DNA of 64,000 bases from an uncultured Succinivibrio sp. (GTDB lineage Bacteria > Pseudomonadota > Gammaproteobacteria > Enterobacterales > Succinivibrionaceae): contig CAAGLL010000013.1 in assembly GCA_900770725.1 (NCBI GenBank), positions 23,332-87,331 of the forward strand, in the 5' to 3' direction. This document shows, in pieces, positions 35,679-45,405 of the stretch. The notes below the pieces were generated by a model that worked only from the letters and a program-made list of their open reading frames with translations, was not told where the DNA came from and made no database searches. The position numbers and the translations under genes are program-made. The first letter of the stretch is position 1. Every line of letters begins with the position of its first letter.

Positions 35679-37865
35679 TCAGTTCTTCTTCTGCTGCTGA
35701 TCGCCGCCTTGGCGCATTGCCAGGCTTTCCTTGTAGAGGTCCGACTTCAGGACCCTGACAGTGCTCTGGAAGCGCTCGCGGCGCTGGCTGGCCAGGGCCG
35801 GGCTGCCGGAAGGCAGGTCGACCTTGAGCGGATCGACAGGGCGGTCGTTGATGCGGATCTCGTAATGCAGGTGCGAGCCGGTCGAGCCGCCGGTGTTGCC
35901 GGACTTTGCGAATACCTGGCCCATGTGGACGGTGTCGCCCTTGGAGACGAAGAAGCGCGACAGGTGCATGTAGACGGTGGAGTAGGCGCCCATGTGCTTG
36001 ATGACGACGGTGTACCCGCCGCCGCGCATGTAGCCGGCGTAGGTCACGACGCCATCGGACGGGGCGTAGACCGGGGTTCCGATCGGCATCCTGAAGTCGA
36101 CGCCATTGTGCGGGGAAATGCGGTGGCGCAGCGGATGGTAGCGGCGCGGGTTGAACGGCGAGCTGACCTCGAGGCTGCCGTTGACCGGGAAGCGGCGGAA
36201 CGAGCCGGTCTGGGGCTTGTAGCCGTCCTCCTCGTAGAACGAGCCGTTGTCGGGGTTCCTGAAGAGCCTGACGCGGCCATTGCGCGTGGTGTTGAACTCG
36301 ACTGCGGTGATCGCCGACTTCGTGCCGATGCCGTTGAAGAGCACCCTGAAGCCGTCGCCTGCTGCCATGCGGCGCAGGTTCACGCGGCTGCCGAGCACCG
36401 AGCGGATCTGGGCGATGTTGGCGGGGGTGAGGCCGGCGCGCTTGGCAGCGGCGTTGAAGTTCTCGCCGCGGCTTAGGCTCGAGAGGACCAGGCGCGGCCT
36501 GGTGGCGGCGTTCTGGCGGGCCAGGAGCTCCTCGGCCTTCTTCTGCTTGGCAGCCTCCTCCTCGGCGGCCTTGCGGTCCTTGGCCGCCTCGATGGCCGCG
36601 GGCATCTGGCCGGCGTCGGCGAACTTCTCAAGATCGCTGGAGTCGGCGACGTGGGAGCCTGCGGCCTCGTGCACCACGGTGAACGGATCCTTGGGCGACA
36701 TGCGGGTCAGGCGCACCTGCTCGCCGCGGCCGCGCAGGGGCTTTACGAGCTCGAGCACGTTGTTCTTCGAGTCGATGAGGAAGTGGATCTGGGCGCCGGG
36801 CTTGAGGTAGAGGTCGGACTTGGAGGCGGCCTTGGTCACGTCGGCGAGGGTGCCTGAAGGCAGGTTGAGGTAGTCGAAGATCTCGGAGATGGTGTCGCCG
36901 GAGTGGACGGTCTGCTTGTACCAGCGCCCTGAAGGCCTGCGCTCAGGCACGGCCTGATCGGAGAGCAGCGAAGGCGCGCTGCCGGCATCGAGGCCCGAGA
37001 CCTGGGGGATGCTGCCGTCGGCGAGCAGGTCCATCACGCGCTGCGCAGGATCCTGCAGCGGAAGGGGCGGCTCCTTGAGCGGGAAGGACAGCGGCTTTGA
37101 CTCATCAGGCATCGCAGCTTCGCTGCCTCCGGCGGCCAGGGCCTCCTGGCCCTCGCCCGATTTCGAGTCAGAGGACTCTTCAGCTTTTGCGGCAGCCCCG
37201 CTCTCCTTGGCGGCGCTGGCGTGCAGCGTCGAGCCATCCTCGGAAGCAGGCTCATTTGCCGCAGCCTTCTCATCCCCGGATGCAGGGGCGGCATCGGCCA
37301 GAGCCTTTTTATCCTGATCGGCCAGGGCCTCCTTGGCATCCTGGGCAGCAGCCGGCTCATCGTCAGGCCTTGCCGCGTAGAAGCGCTGCCTGAGCTGCTC
37401 TGGCACTGCAGGAGCCTCGACGGTCTCCTCGCTCTCATCGTCTATGCCGTCCTCGTCGTTGAAGGCGTCGGCCGAGGTGTTGCCGCTGCGCCTTGCGGCG
37501 GCGACGGCGTCGTTTACGGCCTGGGCCGAGAAGAGGTTTGAAGGCAGGTCGGCGTCGTCGTAGTTCTCGCGCGAGCCGGCGTCGGCGGTGATCTGGAGGT
37601 TGGCGGCGGCTTCCTCGTCGCTGCTCTTGAGGTAGGCTTCCTCGTTGGTGCGCGAGTCGCCGCGGTTTAATGATGCCAGCGCGGGAATGGCTTCAATTGA
37701 GAGGGGGACGAGGTTTCCGACGGGGATTGCGCAGATTATCGAGATCACGCACACCGAGATGATTCCGACGAAGTGGCGTCCTGAAATGGGCAGGATCCCG
37801 GTGTTGCGCTGCACGGCAACGTAGTCTTCGTGGGTTTTGTGTGAAGTGATCCTGAGGTTAAGCAT
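35679..37865 (-). CDS. M23 murein DD-endopeptidase (MepM-like) with long acidic N-terminal region
   Basis: N-terminal TM, LysM-like VHSGDTIS, SSPFNPRR, HNGVDF, YMHL, STGSHLHYE. Confidence 0.85.
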   Translation of the reverse strand: MLNLRITSHKTHEDYVAVQRNTGILPISGRHFVGIISVCVISIICAIPVGNLVPLSIEAIPALASLNRGDSRTNEEAYLKSSDEEAAANLQITADAGSRENYDDADLPSNLFSAQAVNDAVAAARRSGNTSADAFNDEDGIDDESEETVEAPAVPEQLRQRFYAARPDDEPAAAQDAKEALADQDKKALADAAPASGDEKAAANEPASEDGSTLHASAAKESGAAAKAEESSDSKSGEGQEALAAGGSEAAMPDESKPLSFPLKEPPLPLQDPAQRVMDLLADGSIPQVSGLDAGSAPSLLSDQAVPERRPSGRWYKQTVHSGDTISEIFDYLNLPSGTLADVTKAASKSDLYLKPGAQIHFLIDSKNNVLELVKPLRGRGEQVRLTRMSPKDPFTVVHEAAGSHVADSSDLEKFADAGQMPAAIEAAKDRKAAEEEAAKQKKAEELLARQNAATRPRLVLSSLSRGENFNAAAKRAGLTPANIAQIRSVLGSRVNLRRMAAGDGFRVLFNGIGTKSAITAVEFNTTRNGRVRLFRNPDNGSFYEEDGYKPQTGSFRRFPVNGSLEVSSPFNPRRYHPLRHRISPHNGVDFRMPIGTPVYAPSDGVVTYAGYMRGGGYTVVIKHMGAYSTVYMHLSRFFVSKGDTVHMGQVFAKSGNTGGSTGSHLHYEIRINDRPVDPLKVDLPSGSPALASQRRERFQSTVRVLKSDLYKESLAMRQGGDQQQKKN

Positions 37866-38002
37866 TAGCGCATTCTACCACAGCCGCATGCGCCGGCACC
37901 TAAGGCGCCTGCGCAACACGCCTTGGTGCAGCACGCCGCGGCCCTTGTCGTAAAGCCGTTTTCAAAACGCAACAGGAAAAGTCCAGTCCCTTGGATCCCA
38001 GC

Positions 38003-38257
38003 CTAAAGCAGGAACCACACCGCCGCGGCCTCCAAGGCGCACGAGAGCGCAAGGGCGCACGCGACCGCGGCGCCCTTGAGCGTCCTGGGCATGCCCAGGG
38101 CCAGGGCGTCGCCGAACGCGCCTTTTGCGGTGATGGGCGACTTGGAGAGGATGCGGCGGAACCAGGCATCGCGGTGCCTGCCTACGAGGGCGCGGAAGAT
38201 CGCGGCGGTCGCAAAAACGAGCGCCAGGCACAATGCGATTTTGCCTTCAGGGGACAT
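38003..38257 (-). CDS. Small hypothetical membrane protein
   Basis: 84 aa with two hydrophobic segments; ATG start next to an AT-rich upstream region. Confidence 0.5.
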   Translation of the reverse strand: MSPEGKIALCLALVFATAAIFRALVGRHRDAWFRRILSKSPITAKGAFGDALALGMPRTLKGAAVACALALSCALEAAAVWFLL

Positions 38258-38525
38258 TTGATGTTGCTTTTTTTAATCTTTTGCTGCAGTTGTCTTGATA
38301 CTAGGGATTTTTTTACATGCAAGTACATGGCCTGCGTCACATTTCACGAAAAATGTGCACGGCCTTTGCGGCGCCTTAATGCTGTGCACCGCACATATCT
38401 TGAAAAAGCCCGCCTGGGCTATCTTGCGGGGGCGCAAATGTTTGCATAAGGTGGAAAGTGTCCGGATCGCAGCAATAGATCAGATTACGGCCCTGCCTCC
38501 GGGCGGGCAGGGCAGAGGAGACCAG

Positions 38526-39800
38526 ATGAGCGATGCAGTCATAACGCTGGCGGTGCTTGCCGTGGTGGCGTTCTTGTTTGTGACCGAACTGATACCGATG
38601 GCGGTGACCGCGATGGCCGCGGCGCTGGCGCTGGGGATCTGCGGGGTGCTCAAGACCCCCGAGGTGTTCTCGGGCTTTTCAAACTCCACGGTGGTGCTCT
38701 TCGGAGGCATGTTCGTCGTGGGCGCGGCGATGCTCGACTCGGGGCTGGCGACGACCATCGGGCGGCTCGTGGTCCGCAAGGTCGGGATCCGCGAGGGTCC
38801 GCTGATGGCCGCGCTCATGGGCGTGACCATCTTGATGTCGGCCTTCGCCTCCAACACCGGCACCGTGGCCTGCCTCATGCCGATGGTCATCGGCATCTGC
38901 GTCTCCGCGAAGATCTCCCCGGCCCCGCTCCTGATGGGCCTGGCGGTCGCGGCCAACGTCGGATGCGATCTGACCATGGTGGGCACCCCGCCCAACATGC
39001 TTGCTGTGGCGGCGCTCGAGAACGCAGGGCAGAAGCCCTTCGGGTTCTTCGAGTTCGCCTGGATCGGACTTCCCATCTGCGTGTGCTGCACGCTCTTCAT
39101 GATCTTCGTCGGGCGCAAGCTCCTGCCGCACGACGCCAAGGCCAAGATGCTCGGCGAGTGGAGCGACTCCAGCCAGCAGTCGGGCAAGGGCAGCGCGCGC
39201 AAGCAGATCCAGGCCCTCCTGATCCTGGGCCTCGTGGTCGCGGGCCTCATCATCGGGATCCCGGGCGTGCCGCCCTCGATAGTCGCGGTGGCAGGCGCGC
39301 TCTTGTGCGTGCTCTCTGGCACCATCACCGAGAAGCAGGCCTACGACGGCATCGACTGGGTGACCATCTTCCTCTTTGCGGGCATGCTCCCAATCGCCAC
39401 CGCGCTTGACAAGACAGGCGCCGGGCTCATGGTCGCCGACTTCGTGGTCGGCCTCATGGGCGACACCCCGTCCGGGATGACCATCATGGCGGTGCTCTTC
39501 CTGCTCTCCTGCGGGCTCACCCAGTTCATGCCGAACACCGCGACCGCGGCGCTGCTCATCCCCATCGGCCTTTCGATCTCCTCGCGCCTGGGCGTCTCGC
39601 CGCAGGCGGTGGTGATGGGCATCGCGATCGCGGCCTCCTGCTCGTTTGCAACCCCGGTGGCGACTCCGCCGAACACCCTAATCATGACCCCGGGATCCCT
39701 CAAGTTCAAACACTACCTCTACGTGGGATTGCCGATGTGCGCCATCGCCTTCGTGCTGTGCGTGGCCATCGTGCCGGTGGTCTGGCCGTTCAGGCCGTGA
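38526..39800 (+). CDS. SLC13/DASS family anion permease
   Basis: GAGGAG before ATG 38526; SAFASNTG, VGTPPN, TQFMPNTA, SFATPVATPPN. Confidence 0.85.
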   Translation: MSDAVITLAVLAVVAFLFVTELIPMAVTAMAAALALGICGVLKTPEVFSGFSNSTVVLFGGMFVVGAAMLDSGLATTIGRLVVRKVGIREGPLMAALMGVTILMSAFASNTGTVACLMPMVIGICVSAKISPAPLLMGLAVAANVGCDLTMVGTPPNMLAVAALENAGQKPFGFFEFAWIGLPICVCCTLFMIFVGRKLLPHDAKAKMLGEWSDSSQQSGKGSARKQIQALLILGLVVAGLIIGIPGVPPSIVAVAGALLCVLSGTITEKQAYDGIDWVTIFLFAGMLPIATALDKTGAGLMVADFVVGLMGDTPSGMTIMAVLFLLSCGLTQFMPNTATAALLIPIGLSISSRLGVSPQAVVMGIAIAASCSFATPVATPPNTLIMTPGSLKFKHYLYVGLPMCAIAFVLCVAIVPVVWPFRP

Positions 39801-39816
39801 CGCTAAATCGCGCATG

Positions 39817-39847
39817 AAAAACCGGAGTTGCAGCTCCGGTTTTTTTT
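39817..39847 (+). terminator. Intrinsic terminator
   Basis: AAAAACCGGAGT-tgca-GCTCCGGTTTTTTTT. Confidence 0.85.
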
Positions 39848-40131
39848 GCCATCTGGCATTCACTCCTAGCTATTTGTCGCTGAATTTCATTCATCCGGAA
39901 ATTCGAGGCGAGATTCTTAAATTATTATCTAAATAAAACAATCGAATAAATAAATTTCAAGTGCATTTTGCAGATCAGCTTCACATTTGCGTGAAGACTG
40001 GGTGGCGAAGTCGCATGCCCCTTATATATTCAATATGTCATCAGCGATATATCACATGAATATCGATTCAATACAGTGAGCATATCCATTCATAACACTA
40101 TCTTGCAACATGGAAAATAGCGGGGAACTTT

Positions 40132-41232
40132 ATGAAAATCACCAGAGTCGAAGTTTATTCGGTCAACCTTGTCCCCGAGGCAGTGAGGTCTGATGCCATC
40201 CAGTCGTTTGTGTCCCAGGAGACTCCAATCGTGCGGATATTCACCGACAGCGGGCTGGATGGCACGGGTTACACCTACACAATTGGCACTGGCGGTTCCT
40301 CGATCATCGCGATGCTCTGCGACCACTTGGTTCCTGAATTGCTTGGACGCGATCCGCAGATGATCGAGCAGATCTGGCGCGACCTCATGTTCAAGACACA
40401 TGCCACGATGGTCGGCGCCATCACGGTACTTTCGTTGTGCGCCATAGACACGGCGCTCTGGGACATCCGCTGCCGTCAGATGCAGCAGCCCTTGTACAAG
40501 GCCGCAGGCGGCGCGCGCGACAGCATCGATGTCTATTCGACCGAAGGCGGCTGGCTGCACCTTGATATCGAAAAACTGGTTGAAAACATGGTCAAGGACA
40601 AGGAGCAGGGCTTCGGCGGCTCGAAGATCAAACTTGGTCACAGTCCGGCAGAGGACGCAAGGCGCGTTGCCGCAGCCAGGAAAGCTACTGGCGATGGCTA
40701 TGCACTCATGACTGACTGCAACCAGGCTTTTTCACTCTCTGAGATGCGCCAGCGCGCAGCTCTGCTCGAGCCCAGCCATCCAGCATGGATTGAAGAGCCT
40801 TTCCCTGCCGACGATGTCGATTCGCACGAGCAGCTTTGCAAATCCACCTCGGTGCCCGTGGCTGTCGGCGAATCGATTTATTCTCTGACCAGCTTCAAGG
40901 AGTACCTGCAGCATGACGCCGCAGACATCATCCAGGTCGACGTCGGCAGGGTCGGCGGGATCACCCCATGGCTCAAGGTGGCGCACCTTGCCGAGGCGTT
41001 CAACCGCCAGGTGTGCCCGCACTTCCTCATGGAACTGCATGTGTCGCTGTGCTGCGCAGTTTCCAACAGCAGGTGGCTCGAGTACATCCCGCAGCTTGAC
41101 CTGTTACTCAACAGCCGCCTCAAGGTCAGCAACGGCAAGGCTATGGCGCCACAGAGCTGCGACCTAGGCATCGATTGGAACTGGAAGGAAATTGAAAAGC
41201 GCGCTAATTTCCACAAGGTCTTCAAAAAGTAG
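40132..41232 (+). CDS. Mandelate racemase/muconate lactonizing enzyme family (sugar-acid dehydratase/isomerase)
   Basis: AIDTALWD, KIK, TDCNQ, WIEEP, VGES, QVD, CPH motifs. Confidence 0.88.
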   Translation: MKITRVEVYSVNLVPEAVRSDAIQSFVSQETPIVRIFTDSGLDGTGYTYTIGTGGSSIIAMLCDHLVPELLGRDPQMIEQIWRDLMFKTHATMVGAITVLSLCAIDTALWDIRCRQMQQPLYKAAGGARDSIDVYSTEGGWLHLDIEKLVENMVKDKEQGFGGSKIKLGHSPAEDARRVAAARKATGDGYALMTDCNQAFSLSEMRQRAALLEPSHPAWIEEPFPADDVDSHEQLCKSTSVPVAVGESIYSLTSFKEYLQHDAADIIQVDVGRVGGITPWLKVAHLAEAFNRQVCPHFLMELHVSLCCAVSNSRWLEYIPQLDLLLNSRLKVSNGKAMAPQSCDLGIDWNWKEIEKRANFHKVFKK

Positions 41233-41308
41233 AAGGCGTGAATGGACGTGATCCGCCTTGATGAAGCGGATTCTCCAAACATTTCAATCCATCACCAGTT
41301 GGCCGGTC

Positions 41309-41956
41309 ATGCAAAACAAAACTGAAAAAGCTTATGAGTTCATCCTTGACAGGATCATTTCAGGCAAGTACGAACCTTTGAGCCCCATTTACGACAGCGA
41401 GATCCAAAAGGAGATCGGCAGTAGCCGCACGCCAGTGCGCGAGGCGTTGCTGAAGCTGAGGGACCAGGGATTCGTCTACATCTACTCGAACAAGGTAACG
41501 CTAGTCAGCGAAATGAGCCTTGACCTTATCAATGAGATGTATGAAGCGCGTTTTGTGAGCGAAGGGGAGATCTACGTTGACGCCGCGAACCGCATCGACC
41601 GCGCATTGATGGAACGGTTGAGGGATCAATTCGTCAATCCCCCTGCCTTTGCAAATGAGGAGGTTAAGCGGCTTTACTACGTCGAACTAGATGACAGGTT
41701 GCATGAGAGCTTGATCGGAGCGGCTTCAAACCGCTTCATCAAAAGGATGCTCGACACCGTCTACAAGCACAACCGCAGGTTGCGCCGCTTTATAAACGAA
41801 CTGATATCAATCGACGAGCATGTGGAGCTCATTGACGCAGTGCTCTCGGGGGATTCAGACCGGATCCGAAAGGCGACGCTCAAGCACCTTGAAGGGTCCA
41901 AGAAGAAAACACTTGCCGCCTATAACCGCGGCGAACTCAAGCATATGGAAGTTTAA
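41309..41956 (+). CDS. GntR (FadR subfamily) transcriptional regulator
   Basis: SRTPVREAL HTH; FCD-like DDRLH...N...EH. Confidence 0.88.
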   Translation: MQNKTEKAYEFILDRIISGKYEPLSPIYDSEIQKEIGSSRTPVREALLKLRDQGFVYIYSNKVTLVSEMSLDLINEMYEARFVSEGEIYVDAANRIDRALMERLRDQFVNPPAFANEEVKRLYYVELDDRLHESLIGAASNRFIKRMLDTVYKHNRRLRRFINELISIDEHVELIDAVLSGDSDRIRKATLKHLEGSKKKTLAAYNRGELKHMEV

Positions 41957-41970
41957 GGAGCAATCAACCG

Positions 41971-43056
41971 ATGTCGGATCACAGAATTGCTGAAGTCAAC
42001 ATATACCGCGCTGTCTCGACGCTCTCGCGCCCCATCGCGGACTCAACCCACCAGCTCAAGGAAATCGCGTTCTACATCGCAGAGGTGATAGACAAGAGCG
42101 GCTGCCGCGGGCAGGGCTACCTGCTGGCGTTCCATTACTCGAAAAACGCCATCGAGGGCGCACTCAAGGATCTGCGCAACTTCATCAGCGAGCGCGAGTA
42201 CAGCATCAACGAGATGGTGAAGCTCGGCCGCGACTGGAAGGCCGAGACCGAGTACTTCGGCTCCAGCGGGATCAACGCCAACGCCGGAGCCGTGGTCAAC
42301 GTGGCAATGTGGGACTGCTGGGCCCGTGCGCTCAAGCAGCCTGTCTGGAAGCTCCTGGGCACCAACAGGACCAAGATCCCCGTTTACGGCAGCGGCGGGT
42401 GGATCTCCTACACCGATGAGGAGCTGGTCAAGGAGGTCACCGATTACAAGAAGCGCGGCTTCACGGCCGTGAAGGTCAAGGTGGGGAGCGGCTCGCTGGA
42501 AAAGGATCTAGAAAGGCTCCGCAAGTGCCGCGAGGCCCTGGGCAGCGGGGTGCTCATCATGATGGACGCCAACCAGGCCTTGAAGGCCTCAGAGGCGCTG
42601 GAACTTGCCGACAAGGCGCGTGCCATCGGGATCCACTGGTTCGAGGAGCCAGTGGCCAACACCGAGTTCTCAAGCTACCAACTGCTCAGGCAGAAGTGCG
42701 GCATCGCCCTTGCCATGGGCGAGCGCGAGTACGACACCCAGGCGCTGCGCCGCCTCATCAGCCTCAACGCCCTCGACCTTTGGCAGCCGGATCTCATCAG
42801 GCTCGGCGGCGTCGACGGGTGGAGGAACTCTGCGGCGCTTGCTGAGGAGTACGGCCTGCCGGTGCTCCCGCACTACTACCGCGACTACGACGTGCCGTTG
42901 CTGTGCACAATCAGGAACCCGTACGGGGCCGAATCCTTCGACTGGATCGATTCCATCGTCGACACGCCTCTGCGCATCGAGAACGGCTTTGCCTATCCGC
43001 GCGAGGGAGACGGCTTCGGCTTCCGCTTCAAGGAGCAGGCGCTTGAGGAGATCTGA
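41971..43056 (+). CDS. Second mandelate racemase/MLE family enzyme
   Basis: NVAMWD, YGSGGW, KVK, MDANQ, FEEP, MGE, QPD, LPH. Confidence 0.88.
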   Translation: MSDHRIAEVNIYRAVSTLSRPIADSTHQLKEIAFYIAEVIDKSGCRGQGYLLAFHYSKNAIEGALKDLRNFISEREYSINEMVKLGRDWKAETEYFGSSGINANAGAVVNVAMWDCWARALKQPVWKLLGTNRTKIPVYGSGGWISYTDEELVKEVTDYKKRGFTAVKVKVGSGSLEKDLERLRKCREALGSGVLIMMDANQALKASEALELADKARAIGIHWFEEPVANTEFSSYQLLRQKCGIALAMGEREYDTQALRRLISLNALDLWQPDLIRLGGVDGWRNSAALAEEYGLPVLPHYYRDYDVPLLCTIRNPYGAESFDWIDSIVDTPLRIENGFAYPREGDGFGFRFKEQALEEI

Positions 43057-43057
43057 A

Positions 43058-43819
43058 ATGGCATCGTTCGTCGAAGATCTGTTTTCGCTCAAGGGCCGCA
43101 AGGGGATCGTGACCGGCGCCTCGCGCGGGATCGGACTTGCCATAGCGCGCGAGCTCTGCAGCGCCGGCGCTTCGGTCTTCGGCCTTGCAAGGCACGAGCC
43201 CGAGGAGGAAATCGGGAACGGGTTTGCCTTCGTCAAGGCCGACCTCCTCAACAGGGAAAGCCTCGAAAGGGCCGTATCCGGCATCGTCCCTGAAGGGCAG
43301 GCCCTCGACTTCCTCGTCAACAATGCCGGCGTCTCGGCCAAGGCGCGCGCCGAGGATTTTCCAGAAGAAGAACTTGAGCGCGTGCTGAGGACAGATCTCT
43401 CCTCGGCCTTCACGCTCTGCTCCATCTGCCACCCGCACCTGAAGCTTTCGGCGCACCAGGGGAGGATCGTCAGCATCAGCTCCATGGGGGCCTACATGGG
43501 CTTCTCCGGGGTCACGCCTTACTGCATGGCCAAGTCGGGGGTTCTCGGGCTTACCCGCGGCTTGGCCGAGGAATGGAAGGGCGATGGGATCCTCGTCAAC
43601 AGCGTTGCGCCCGGATGGGTGGAAACCGCGCTCAACGCCAAGTTCTTCAAGGAAAACCCACAGCGCAAGGCAGCGGCCCTCGCCAAGTCCATGCTGCCGC
43701 GCTTTGCCAGGCCCGAGGAAGTGGCGCATGCCGTGCTGTTCCTCCTGGGCGACGGGGCGCGCTACATCACTGGGCAGGACATCAGGGTCGACGGCGGCGC
43801 CGTCTCCCATGGATTTTGA
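43058..43819 (+). CDS. SDR oxidoreductase (KduD/gluconate-5-dehydrogenase-like)
   Basis: TGASRGIG, VNNAG, YCMAK, VNSVAPG, ITGQ..VDGG. Confidence 0.88.
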   Translation: MASFVEDLFSLKGRKGIVTGASRGIGLAIARELCSAGASVFGLARHEPEEEIGNGFAFVKADLLNRESLERAVSGIVPEGQALDFLVNNAGVSAKARAEDFPEEELERVLRTDLSSAFTLCSICHPHLKLSAHQGRIVSISSMGAYMGFSGVTPYCMAKSGVLGLTRGLAEEWKGDGILVNSVAPGWVETALNAKFFKENPQRKAAALAKSMLPRFARPEEVAHAVLFLLGDGARYITGQDIRVDGGAVSHGF

Positions 43820-43880
43820 ATAATTACAAAAAAACAAAAAGTTATCCAACAAACTTACAAGCAAACATGAGGGCATTCAT

Positions 43881-44894
43881 ATGAACAAAACCGTAAAGAC
43901 GCTTCTGTGCGCGGCTATTGCCACAGCATTTGCCGCCTGCTCGACCCAGGCTCTGGCCAAGGATGGCAAGACCGTGGTCGTGAAGATGGGCTATGAGAAC
44001 AACCCGGGCGAGCCTTTCGATGACGGCTGCCGCAAGTGGGCCGAGCTCGTAGAGCAGAAGAGCGGCGGCACGATGAAGGTCGAGCTCTACCCTTCATCGC
44101 AGCTTGGTAGCAAGAACGACATCATCGACTCGATGATCCTGGGGCAGAACACGGCAACCTTGGCTGACGGCGCGTTCTACGCAGACCGCGGCCTCAAGGA
44201 CTTCGGCATAGTGTTCGGGCCGCACCTCTTTGACACTTGGGAGGAGGCTTTCAAGCTAGCCAAGAGCCCGTGGTTCAAGCAGCAGGAAGAGGCCTTGGAG
44301 AAGAAAGGACTCAAGATCCTGGCGGCCAACTGGAAGTACGGCGAGCGCCACACGCTGACCACCAAGCCCATCAAGAAGATGTCAGACTTCAAAGGCCTCA
44401 AGATCCGCGTGGCAACCAACCCGATTTACGCCGAAGGCATGAGGGTTTTAGGCTGCACGCCTACCCCGATGCCGCTTGGTGATGTCTACACCGCCTTGCA
44501 GCAGGGCACCATCGATGGCGTCGAGAACCCGATCCCGGTGCTCTACAACGGCAAGTTCTACGAAGTTGCCAAATACCTACTGCTCGATTGCCACATTCGC
44601 AATGTGACCAACATCGTGGTCGGCTCCAAGTTCTTCAACAGCTTGACGAGCGAGCAGCAGAAGATCCTGCAGGACTCCTGCATCGAAGCAGGCGAGTACC
44701 AGAACGGGCTTGTTGACAAGGCCAGCGTTGAGATGCTGCAGAAGCTCAAGGATGCCGGAGTCACCGTGACCGAGCCTGATCCTGAGTTCATGCAGCAGAT
44801 GATCGACGCCTCCAAGAAGTTCTACGAACTGCCGCAGTTCAAGAAGGCCTGGTCGCCTAACCTCTACGAGACCATCAAGGAAACCATCAAGTAG
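43881..44894 (+). CDS. TRAP transporter substrate-binding protein DctP
   Basis: Signal peptide; YPSSQLG, GLKIR, DVYTALQQGTIDGVENP. Confidence 0.92.
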   Translation: MNKTVKTLLCAAIATAFAACSTQALAKDGKTVVVKMGYENNPGEPFDDGCRKWAELVEQKSGGTMKVELYPSSQLGSKNDIIDSMILGQNTATLADGAFYADRGLKDFGIVFGPHLFDTWEEAFKLAKSPWFKQQEEALEKKGLKILAANWKYGERHTLTTKPIKKMSDFKGLKIRVATNPIYAEGMRVLGCTPTPMPLGDVYTALQQGTIDGVENPIPVLYNGKFYEVAKYLLLDCHIRNVTNIVVGSKFFNSLTSEQQKILQDSCIEAGEYQNGLVDKASVEMLQKLKDAGVTVTEPDPEFMQQMIDASKKFYELPQFKKAWSPNLYETIKETIK

Positions 44895-44911
44895 TTTGTG
44901 TGGAGGCGCAT

Positions 44912-45394
44912 ATGACCGTCAAAAAAGTCCTTAACGTCGCAGGAAATGCGGATCTGCTGGTTGCCTCTGTGGCACTGTGCGTGCTGATCATCGTGTCTGC
45001 GGTGACGGTCGTATCGCGCTACATCCTCAATGATCCGTTCATGTGGTCGGAGGAGATCCAGGTGCTCTGCTTCATGTGGATCTCCTTCCTTGGCGCCGGC
45101 GTGGCCTTCCGCTACGGATCCCACGTCGCCATCGACGTGTTCGTCAACCTGATCCCGCCGAAGCCCAGGCGCTATGTCGACCTGCTCCTTTCAATCTTTG
45201 TCACGGTTGTGCTCTGTTATGCACTTTATCTTTCAATAGTTTATGTAGACCAAAGCATCATGCTGCAAAAGTGCTCATCGATACTCCAGATCCCCGACTG
45301 GTGCTTCTGCATTTCGGTTGTGTTCGGTTTCGCGTCGATGGTAGTCAGCAATGCATGCATGTCGATCAAATCATTCCTGAATACTAAAGCGTGA
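44912..45394 (+). CDS. TRAP transporter small permease DctQ
   Basis: SRY, WSEE, HVAID; four TM segments. Confidence 0.9.
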   Translation: MTVKKVLNVAGNADLLVASVALCVLIIVSAVTVVSRYILNDPFMWSEEIQVLCFMWISFLGAGVAFRYGSHVAIDVFVNLIPPKPRRYVDLLLSIFVTVVLCYALYLSIVYVDQSIMLQKCSSILQIPDWCFCISVVFGFASMVVSNACMSIKSFLNTKA

Positions 45395-45405
45395 GGCGTC
45401 CTCAT

